This document shows, piece by piece, positions 51,685 through 64,000 of a stretch of 64,000 nt of DNA. The notes under the pieces are model-generated. The model saw nothing but the letters and a program-made list of their open reading frames with translations, searched no databases and was not told the origin of the DNA. How positions within the stretch are numbered: the first letter of the stretch is position 1; each line of letters starts with the position of its first letter. The stretch spans positions 48,298,001 to 48,362,000 of the forward strand of contig NC_042999.1 of NCBI RefSeq assembly GCF_006345805.1, given 5' to 3'. This stretch comes from Octopus sinensis (taxonomy: Eukaryota). The position numbers and the translations under genes were made by a program.

Positions 51685-52849
51685 GTATACACATGCGTAT
51701 ATATGTCTGTGTGAGTGTGAGGCTGTGTATATATATATATATATATATACGTGTGTGCATGTGTTTGTGTGTGCGTGTGTGTCTATTTGTGAAACTTCAT
51801 ATTTAATTCGTGAGATGCTAGACGCGTATAACTGTTCATAATTTGTTCTCCCTGACTGGCGGAGAAACGTTATTAAATTATGGCTTACAGACCTGTAACA
51901 AATGGAGTTTTCAAATCAATCAAGTAATAAAACTGGGCTACATTTACCGTTTGTTTAATTGACAGATTGAACATCGTCCAGTATGTGATTTCTATTAGAA
52001 CAAATTATTTCAAGTGAAGAATCTTTTGATGGAACTAAAACACCTATATATATTAACAGCAGAGAATTATTGGAAAACAGTTTTCTTTTATAAATACAGT
52101 TAATTATTTCAATAAACTATTGAACATTCAGGTACACACGGTCGTAACCGAAAACAAATTTGTGTAAACGCTTTTACCCTCTTCAGTTTTATACATGCCA
52201 TTTGTGCGACAGTTATTGTGCCCGGTAGCACTTGATATGATTTGGGGCTTACTTTTCGATTCATAACTTATCGAGTACTTTAGTGTGTCAATTCGCTTTC
52301 TTTTTGTGTTTGTCCTATATTTGAAAAAGAAACCATAATGTTCGAATAATCCATTCGCACGGGTAAACTTTGAAATCCCTCGCATAGGTATCCAACATCG
52401 CTTTACCGATTTTCTTCTTTCTTGGAAAGTGAAGTCCTTTTTTTTATTGTGGGACTATAATGTGGGAAAGTATCAAACTTAAATACTTACCACACTATAA
52501 CCTTTTGATTTTATTCTGAGCAATCAAATGACGCATGCTTCAACAAAATCATCGCGCATTTTACTTGTTTCAACTTTTCCAATATGAATATCAACCTACG
52601 GAATGTCTCCTCAGATTTGGTATTTATTTTCCAATTGCGAAACATCTGAGACATTCTAATATTTTGGTCTCTTGTGTTTGATAACGAATGTAGATTTCAA
52701 AAGTAATGGTTTTGTCGAATATTATATGCATAGATTTTTGATACTAACTCCATCTTGAAAATGTCTTGCTGTTGCTTCTTTCTCGTTGCAGGTGTTTCTT
52801 TAGAAGTTAAGTAATGGAAATTAATTTACATTCATTTATGCATAAGTTA

Positions 52850-52852
52850 TCA

Positions 52853-52892
<40 letters not shown>

Positions 52893-52925
52893 CATTATTA
52901 TTATTATTATAATTATTGGTATTAA

Positions 52926-52991
<66 letters not shown>

Positions 52992-53012
52992 TATTATTAT
53001 TATTATTATTAC
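52850..53012. repeat. (ATT)n microsatellite
   Basis: Direct reading of the sequence. Confidence 0.95.
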
Positions 53013-54458
53013 ATTCATTTTGTCTACGAAGGAATATTTGTAGTTCTTCTGAATAATTGACACAGGTGCGATTCCTCATATGCAGCTTGTCATAATGAAT
53101 GGAATGTTACTTTAGGAAGAGACGGAAGACACTATCTAAAGATTCAGTATCCTTATATATCTGTATATTTACATCACATGTCATTTGAAATAGTCTCCGT
53201 TAGTCACGGAAATGTGGAAGACGAATTAATCTTTCCTTCATCCCTATTGTGAATTGTTAGACATTAAGTCAAGTTCTTTGTTATATCTGAAGGAAAGAAA
53301 GACAAATTTCTAGAGGTGATACAGGAGAATCTTTGATTAATATTGTCAACCGAAAATTAAACAAAAACTTTTTTTCCGACGTCGAAGAAGATAACACGTG
53401 CGTTTGAAACTGATTAACGCGTGCGTTTGAAAAGCTGAGGAGACTAAAACAGCTTGCACAAGAACTCTTTCCTCTTAGAACTGTGTTAATCTGCTTTGTT
53501 AAAGTATATGCTAATACAATTAATACATTATCGTTTCTTTAAAAATGTCTTTTAAAGGTGTATATGTGTGTGTTCATAATGTATGTATATATATATATAT
53601 CTTAATATATATTGAAATAGATAGATAGGGAATAGATACAAATATAGAAAGATAGATATAGAAAGAGAGAGAGAAACATGGAATAATTTATAGTGATTGC
53701 CTCAAAATCTCAAACTTTTTTCCATTAATTGTACATAAATATTTCGAAGTGTATACACATTATTTAAAATACTTCACTAGATATACCACCGTTAATTTGT
53801 TCATAGAATATTACGATACAATGGAAGAAGTCTGCAAATGTATGCAGCGCAACCATAGCAATAACATAATTTTTAAATCATTATAATTTATCTGAGAATT
53901 CATTATAAAATTTTCAAGCGAATACATAAATTCCATTACATGTGTGGAGAATAATTTCTCCACAAACGCATATTCACCCAAACAGACACACACACAAACA
54001 CACACACAAACACACACAAACACGCACAGACGCATACACATCACACATCACACATTAAAGCGTGACATATCCCGCTGAGTTATATAACATATTTTACATT
54101 TTAATACAATATTCTAATGTAATAATTTATATATTCGACGCAGCAGAATGGCCTTATAAAATCCAAGTAAAACTTTAGTTTGTCTTTTGCTGTCATTTCT
54201 AACTATAATTAATCATTATTACGTTTTATCTTTCTTAATGTTTCAATATAAAAACAAAACCTTAAAATTCAGCGACGGTATACAATATTTAATAAATATC
54301 ACAGAAAGAAAATATTTCATGTGGTACGAAATATGACATAAAGGTTACTTTAATTTGAATAACGAGGCTTACTCTCCCTACCTAGCGTATATTGATATTT
54401 TGTTTATAACCATTTTGGTTTGTACTTACTTTGAATTTAGTAGATTATGTATATACGT

Positions 54459-54515
<57 letters not shown>

Positions 54516-54516
54516 T

Positions 54517-54565
<49 letters not shown>

Positions 54566-54869
54566 TGCATATATACATATATATATGCGTGTGTATGTAT
54601 GTACATACACATATATGTGACAGTGGATGTGTATTCGCATATATAGGTAAATGATTAAAATATATAGAGAATTATCTACAAATTAATATGGGTGTGTATG
54701 TGTGTGTGTAAGTGTGAGTGTTTTTAAAGGGATCTTTTTTGTACGACCGGAACAATACGAGAAGGTAAAATTAAACTGGAAAAGGAAAACCAAACAAAAC
54801 ATAGAACCGGTATTAAAGAAGGGTAAGAAAATATTAGATTTCTAAGCCCTAAAATTCACTCTATAATTG

Positions 54870-55110
54870 CCCACGGGCATATGCCGTAGTGGATAAGAGC
54901 GCGGGCTATTAACTCCAAGATTCCCATTGTGATACCAGGCAGTGACATGAATAATAATAATAATAATGGTGATAATAACATCGAAAAATACCTTGTGAAT
55001 GAGAACCCAGGTTCGAAATTTCCCCAAGGTATATGGTGAATGCTGGAGTGTATATCGGCCAAAATGCTGTGTTAACAACAAAGGTGAGGACAAATATCCG
55101 TCAAGTGTAA
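54870..55110 (+). mobile_element. Second, more decayed copy of the tRNA-headed family E element
   Basis: gggcatatgccgtagtggataagagcgcgggctattaac...ccaggcagtgac...(aat)n...gaaatttcccca...gtgttaacaacaaaggtgaggacaaatatccgtcaagtgtaaat aligns with 27199-27437. Confidence 0.85.
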
Positions 55111-55428
55111 ATAAGAAAAACGAAACAAATTTGAAGGTTTACTTTGTATTTCTTTAAAGAAGATTGTTCTGTAAGACCGGTAGAATGCGAGAATGTACAA
55201 AGTACACTACAAAATGAACGGAGAACAAAACACACCAGATCCACTAAAGCGCTATACTTAATGACGTGATGTCAGTCCTGAAGTATTAGGTATTATGTCT
55301 TTGGAGTTTAACTCTTATTTTAGCATATGCGGTGCTACTCAGAACCCTCCTTCACTTTTGTGACCTGTATATATTTTTCTTCATCTTCTATTTGCTAATA
55401 AATCACTTTATTTAATTGTTATATATAA

Positions 55429-55509
<81 letters not shown>

Positions 55510-55600
55510 ATATACATTTGGAATTAATCGGTGGAACTAAGCACGTGTCTGTTTTTTTACGGAAAACTGGTTGTTAGTTTTACAAATATATTGCTTTTGG

Positions 55601-55650
55601 AACGATCGTACTGACGAGTCCTACGGACGAAGGATTCCGTGAGTGATTTA
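55601..55650 (+). ncRNA. Degenerate hammerhead motif
   Basis: GAUCGUA CUGACGA GUCC UAC GGAC GAA GG AUU CC GUG AGUGAUU: core 1 and helix II are canonical; GAAAC appears to have lost AC and the triplet is GUG. Confidence 0.55.
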
Positions 55651-55841
55651 TTCGTTAATAGGCGAAATCGGTTTCCGATTAATTCTTGTTTTTTATATAA
55701 TTTTCATCTGTCTTGCCCGCATATTGTTCTGGTGCCCGCTGAATTTTTCTCTAGAGAACATTCTGTCTTTGTAGTTTGATCGTAGGTGATCTACTTCTAG
55801 CATATGGCTGTCCACATAGCCATTTAAATATAGATACATAC

Positions 55842-55876
<35 letters not shown>

Positions 55877-58800
55877 TTCAGATACACCCACTCATATATT
55901 GATATTTGTATGTACTATACCTAGTGAATCATAAATAAGTGACACTTTCATTACAATTATATGATGTGTCAGTCATTTCCTTTATCTTTGCTCTTGAAGT
56001 ATATTAGTGTTTGTGTGAATGTATGTGTATGTGATTGTGCATGCGTGTGTGCGCGTTTGCGCGCGTGTTTTGTCTGACCCTGTGTATATTATGTCTTTGT
56101 GTATTCTTGTACAATGAATCGCTTGTTTGCAGAATAATACCTATTAATGAGGCAGTGCATTTCCCTAATATTTTATTTCATTAATGATTTCATTATATTC
56201 TACTAAATGCTTCACCGAAATATATAAACGAAATTAATTTTGGTTTACAGGTTTGTGAAATTTATGAATTCTGATGAAAGTCGTTTCTTAATCAACAAAG
56301 TTATGACGTCAGATATTAATGAAATCCGCATATGTTCATATATCGATTGCACTTTTACGTTCCTTATGCTTAAATGCACCTAATTAGTGTTGCATTACGT
56401 TTAGTGCCGTTCTCGAGTGACTAATAATCAAATTCAAACATATGGCAATCAATTACAACATTTTCAATTCCAAATACATCATCTACATAAGAAAGGATAT
56501 TCAACTCAACATGCACAAACAATTATTCTGCTTAATTAACCTCAATTACCTGCCGCCAAATATTTCACTACTCCCGGCTTAATTCAAGTGGGATTTCGTA
56601 TATAGCATTCTATTTTATACGATGACACAAAAACAGGTGCACAACAAATATATTTTTTCTATAAGTAATCTCTTCCCCTTCTCCCCTATGCCTTTACCCA
56701 GTATACCTAAGATGATAAATATATGTTCTAACCCAACTAATTATTGAAGGTTGTTTTTACAAAAATATAGCAATTTGACTTATGGGATTTCCTTTCAATC
56801 CATCTATTTAAGGCGTATTATTTTTAGATATTTGCTTTTACATTGTAAGATACTTTTTTTTTGCCTTCATGTTCATATAATATATTGGGTGGCATATGTA
56901 GGATGTTTTTTGGTTACATATTTCTGAATAGGTATCAACGATTCTTGCGGTCAATTTGGATTATACATTTATCTGCATATCTATTCCCAATTTTAATAAC
57001 GTGTAGATAAATGTGTATTATTCTTCGTGAAAGTAATTTTACTGTAAATATATAAAGTTAAACTGCAGATGAGAGAGAGAGAGAGAGATGGAGAAGAGTA
57101 TCTGCCATTAAATATGTCTCTATATAAACCAAGGTTCTAGAAATAAACGTATCGTGATATAAAGGAATTTCGTCAGAAGCAGAATCACATCTTCCTGCAC
57201 AGAATACCGCGGATGTAAATATTTCTGTTATCTATTGTTAACTCTTTAATCACATAAATGACAAAAACCAGGATAGGAAGCGAAAGAGGAATAGAATAAA
57301 ATGAATATGTAGTTAAAATTGAAGATACGTGACCGACCGCTAACATATTTGAATAATGCTATCCCTACTAGTGATAAAAGATATAACATTAGAGCAATAT
57401 ATTGCAAACATTATCATTCAAAATATAAAGTAAAAATTCATCAGACATGAGCATAATGTATGCGCTTTGCTTTGTATATAAGTTGTATAGCCCATTAAGT
57501 TTATTTGAAAAGTATAAAATAATTTTTGGAAATTTGCAGAGATATACTTAAAAATAATAAATCTTTAAAATTGTAGACACTCTTCTATTTATATAACGTA
57601 GAATAACTTCGTGAAATAAATGTGCCATTAAAATTTACGTCATATGATTGTCCTTGATTCCAAAGATCAAGTAGATGGAGGAAGTGTAAGTGATGCTGAG
57701 TATAGCATACCTGAACCTCTACACATATAGCATGTTTTCGTTGATAATCAGCATTTTGGCTTCTTATTATTTTCTGTTATATTCGCATAAATGTACCAAA
57801 TTTCTCTTGACTGCCAGTTTATTATATATTCCTTCTTACATACAGAAATGTCAAATCACCAAACAAAATATTTTTCTCAATTGTTGTCTGTATCTTTTGT
57901 TATGAGTTAAAATAACCAATGCTTGACGTTGCCATTCATGCGTCCGGATTGACAAATGAATTAAGAGGGCATAATTTTGGAAAGGAGTTTCGTTTGTGCA
58001 GGAGATGAGATATATTGCAGAATTTGATCCTAAAATTTAATTTCTGAGTTCAAATATTGATATGACCTAAGTGTGAAGCGGATAATTTAATATCTTCATA
58101 ATTTAATATCTCATAATTTAATATCTTCACTTGGTCCTCGAAATCCCATAACTCTGTCAACGTCACTACTTTTATAGGTATTCAGCCTGAGGATACGCCA
58201 CTCGCATCAGTTTCGGTGTTTCCATAAGCTGTCACGAATGACGACTTCTTAAAACACACTTAAAATTATCATTATGTATTTTTCTTGCGAGATTCCTGAT
58301 ATGAAATTTTGTGTTGAAACAGATGTTATTTTTTTCTATCCTCAAAATTGACTAAAGAGAACAAGAGGAAACTCATATAAAGGACAACTAGGAACAATGA
58401 TAAATCTGAATTAATGAATGAATATATAACCCCTATGGTTATTTTGAAGAAGATATTGACTATCCCGAAATATAACAATAAAATAAAAATTGTTCTTTCT
58501 AAACGATAAAGATCCATACGTGGAAATATCTCCCACTCACACCAATGAATATTATATTTCGTTGGTACATAGCCGCATATACCTAAATTTATGAGGAATA
58601 TAGTATTGCAGGTATGGGGGTAGGGTTTTTGCCCTTGCAAATTCATTACCGTTCATGTGATGGTATAAAAGCATTGGAGTAGTGTCTCGATTTTGTCCTA
58701 AGTGGTGACACAATAAGTATAAGGAGAAATGATCGGGTAGGTAGGTTGAGTCTTAATAGAGTGTAGCAAATTACCTGTTTCACTGAGCAATACTTTGAAG

Positions 58801-59917
58801 TGTGATGCTAATTAAATCGAAATATATTTTATAAGTAGGTATGTTTTGCGTATTTTCCACAGTATTTCTTTATTCAAAATTACAGCTCGTTCCGATGAGC
58901 TACAAGAAAGAAAAATCAACTGAGCGTAAAAGAAGAACTTGTGACGTTGTGTTACGAACAGTTTTCACAATATGATGTACGGAAGATGATGATAATCTGC
59001 AATGCGAATGATTTTAAAGTTTTATGCATGTGTGTATATGTCATTAATGATTAAAATTACAGGGCGAGTCTTTTTTCTTGATTAGTGCAGTGAAGGTATG
59101 TTTGTGAGATTTTTCCTATTACGATTGATAAATATTCTCATCATTATTTTGCTATGTTTCTTTATACATAGTTTCTTGATTTGGTCGAGACTAATAATTC
59201 ACTATTTATGACGTATAAAGAGAACACAGCTAAACAGGATTGCTCTCACGGATTTTCTAAATTAGTGTATGCATTACAGAGAAACGAAGTGTATTAACTC
59301 CTGTGTTTAGAGACTTAAGTATTGGCGAATACATTTCGCAAAAAGCGTATATGAAAATAATTAAATAAAAAGTTAATGAAATATATAATGCTGCTATTAG
59401 TGTTTAAGTTTAGCACAAGGTTCTATGGAGTTGTACTCAACTGATAACATCTAAGTGTATTAAACAAATAAAACCCCACTCAAGTTGTCTAGCACTTTTG
59501 GTTGATATGCGCCATTTGCTTGCTTGATTAGTTTTGCAGGGGAGCATGTTTGTTTTATGTGAGATTTTTCTTAATAACTATGTACGTCTGCTGAGATATG
59601 GTACTCATGATGACATTATGATATCTAAAAGTTAATGAATAAAGATTACCTATCAAATTAAGTGTCTTACTAATTGTGTAGCTTATGAAATCCTCACGCC
59701 CGAAAATGGTCTCTTAACGCAGTTTAACTAGTTGAATATATTTATTCACAACAGACAATAGAGTGTAATTAAATCTGAAGCCAATTTTATACATGTTATG
59801 CATATATACGCACACACACACGCACACACATACACAGACACGCATATATTATATATATATATACATGTGTGTATGTGTAATGCATGTATGTGTGTATGTA
59901 TATGCGTATGTTTGTAT

Positions 59918-59954
<37 letters not shown>

Positions 59955-61949
59955 TATATATGCTTGTATATGTGAATATAATATATGAATATAATCTGTC
60001 GCAATCAGTAAATCTGCAATTTGATTACCTAAATAGCTGTAACTTATGGCTACACTCACTCTGTGTATTCAATAAACGAAGGATCAGTATTATGCAATGG
60101 ATCTCAATAGAAATTAAGAAATATGACTAAACATTCACCTGAAAATTTGAACGTTACCTTAGTTCCAGCTCGTTACTGTGCTAATAATGTATTCACATAA
60201 AATTTTAACCATTTCCATTTAAGGTGGTATGTGCCGCTACAGATATCTTAAGCACAAAGAATAACGTTTTGTGTGTTAGAGCATGCAGAAATGCGCTAAA
60301 ATGAAAGCACGATTAAACAATATTGTCTCCATTGAGTTGAGTTTGCTATAGCAATGGCGGATTGTCATATGATAATCAATTGCTTTCGTATCAGCTGAAA
60401 AGTGTCTCAAGACAGAATATAATTCGTAAATGAAACGATAAGGAATTTCCGCAACATGTAACGTCAATAAACAGAAGTAGATATCGTTGGAAAATTACCG
60501 ATAAATTTGGAGTCGATTAATTTATGACACATCCTACATCTGCAGCACAGCAAAAAACCCTCAAATTTAAATAACATAACATGAACTTAGAAAGAAATAA
60601 GTTGCGACAAGCACAGTGCATATTCTCAAGTCAGGTAAGGAATTCTTGGAATGCAACCGGACTTATGGATCCTGTATGGATATAGATGGTGGCATATTTA
60701 TGTAAATGAACTATATTTATCAGTTAATTACCAGTGATTCAAGAGTAATGATAACTACGACTACGAGGATTGCAATAGTGTTTTCTGAGCAGCATAATTG
60801 TTGGGGCCCGAATTTAATATTTACAATTGGAGTGAAATAACATTTACAATTTTAATTAAATAGCATTGATTTCGGCTTTGACTTTAATCCATTTGTAGGC
60901 CAAACACGTAAGTATTAGGTTGAAATTCATCGATTATAACGCTCCTTCATATATGAGGTCTTCTGCTCATTAACAGATATAAAGATATAAAGAAGTCCAA
61001 ACAGTTTTAACTGTCAACCGTAAGCAGAGCCACATCATAAAATGGTCAATAATTTTTTTAAGTAAAAGCCGGAGAGATGGTTATTGCACAAAACTTAAAA
61101 AAGTAGGAACTATAAATAATTGTGTATATGTATGTATAATATATATATATATATACATATATATACGGTGAGAGAGACAGGAGGAGGAGGGGAGGAGGAG
61201 AGAGAGTAGATGGCAATATTTGGAATTCCAGATAATATGATAAGTAATTCTTTCAATTCTTATTTCCTAAAGTTATTCTAGCAATGTTGGCTAATATCCA
61301 ATGACCCTTTTCATGTTCACAGATTTGTGTCTGTGCTATAAATATGTGAGTATTCATCTAAGGTTTATGTGATATCAAATGTGTATAATGAGGTACAATT
61401 CGAGTGAAGCGTATAAATATAAATGATTCGTCTTAAGATGAATCATCTTTGAAGACATATAATCACGTACTTGTGTATCATGCGAGATATTGAACATCGT
61501 AAGTGTATTTAATTTCTCTCTTCTTCCAACACAGGAAAAAAGTAATGTATTTCTGACATCAAATAATAGATTAAGCAGTGCAGTTAATTTACATACATAT
61601 GTGTGCGTGTGTCTTTGTGAGCATGCATAACATTATATATATATAATATATATATATATATATTATATATATATATATGTGTGTTGTGTGTGTGTGTGTG
61701 TGTTATAGATGTATGAGTCTGTGGGGACATATATGTGTTTATGTTTGTATTTATGTATGTATGTGTTTATATCAGGGGTGTACTATGTACTATCAGGCTA
61801 TGTTTTACAGTCCATAAACACTCACTGTCATATTACCAACAAATACACTCCCTGGTACATACAACTTCATACACGTACACACACGCTTATATATAATATA
61901 ATGTACGCATCCAGAAATATAAACACGACCTTTTGTCAGTATGTATATA

Positions 61950-61993
<44 letters not shown>

Positions 61994-62001
61994 TATATAT
62001 A

Positions 62002-62035
<34 letters not shown>

Positions 62036-62039
<4 letters not shown>

Positions 62040-62291
62040 AATTTCAGCGTGGGAGGTGTTTATAAGACACTTAAACACACGAAAACCATTAGATTAACTT
62101 CAACATTAAACTTTAATTTCTCAAACATTTTTCGACGCTTTGTGATTGCGACCTGTTCACTGGCAAAATTCGGTCGCGGTCTCGAACCGATGAAAGTATT
62201 TTCGCATGTTAATTTTTAATATTGAAGTGGATCTAACAGATTTTGGGTCTTTTTAAATGCCTTATAAACGCCTTCCACGCTGCAATTGTTT
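62036..62291. mobile_element. Fold-back element with ~75-bp imperfect inverted arms next to (TA)n
   Basis: aaacaatttcagcgtgggaggtgtttataagacacttaaa versus tttaaatgccttataaacgccttccacgctgcaattgttt; internal stem gcgacc/ggtcgc. Confidence 0.8.
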
Positions 62292-62388
62292 TGTTTCAAC
62301 ACTCGATCTCAGATCATGTCACGTGCTATGCAAGTACATGTACGTATTATAATATATATATATATTATATATATATATATACGTACAG

Positions 62389-62430
<42 letters not shown>

Positions 62431-62779
62431 ATATATATATATATATATATATACGTATGCGTCTTTGGATGCCCATACATTGTTTGTTTGTCTATAGAAC
62501 TATGTGAATGTATGAGCTTATAAATGAAGCTATAATGAAAGCAAATCTGCTAACTCTTTAAACAATGTTCATGTAGTAGTTGTAATACGGTAATTGCAAA
62601 TATATCTGTGAATTCTTGTGTATATCTTCAATTTAGTCCTATGTCGTTATCTTCAGTGTAACGAAATATCTACTGATGAATTCAATAGTGATATATAATA
62701 AAAATGAAAATGGGTATGCCGAGATATCTTGCATCAATGATGATATGTGGAAGTCAAGTATAAGTTTAAATGAGAAGTA

Positions 62780-63780
<1,001 letters not shown>

Positions 63781-64000
63781 CTCTGTCTGTCTCTCTCTCT
63801 CTCTCTGGATGTATGCTAGCATCTATATGTTAGCGCATGTATAAGTATATAATTTGGGTTATCTCACATATGCGATGTTTTATATTTGATATTTTCGAAA
63901 ATTTAAATAATCAAAGTTCTAATTAAAATAAAATTAAAATTAAAATAATCAAATCTAAAAATATTCCCCTTCGTTTTCTACAATGTCCTTCCATTTACTT

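Noticed and set aside
58081-58130. Three ~16-bp repeats (ataatttaatatct)
   Set aside because: Tiny AT-rich slippage repeat with no spacers; no CRISPR-like array is seen anywhere in the window

Overview
Very AT-rich, microsatellite-saturated eukaryotic DNA that is most likely intergenic or intronic. The SINE families and (TA)n density suggest an octopod cephalopod, but this is an inference. No intact host gene is recognisable, and most ORF-track entries are translated microsatellites. Identifiable content: decayed hAT and mariner transposases, a mariner MITE, two R4/Dong-type RLE retrotransposon fragments, a CR1-type LINE fragment, a Penelope-like (PLE) RT fragment, and more than 20 SINE copies or fragments from at least four families. 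Three things stand out. (1) A dispersed set of small fold-back elements, often next to (TA)n, several carrying minimal type-I hammerhead-ribozyme (HHR) motifs with palindromic helix III; one has a compensatory U3:A8 core and one is a tRNA-headed SINE with an HHR-like tail. (2) A compact GC-richer two-ORF island at 33.6-34.7 kb ending in four copies of a 15-bp palindrome; it is unidentified and possibly virus- or Polinton-like. (3) A few weak coding-like islands, including a Death-domain-like frame at 52.5-52.7 kb. All homology calls come from motif recognition by eye, not database searches.
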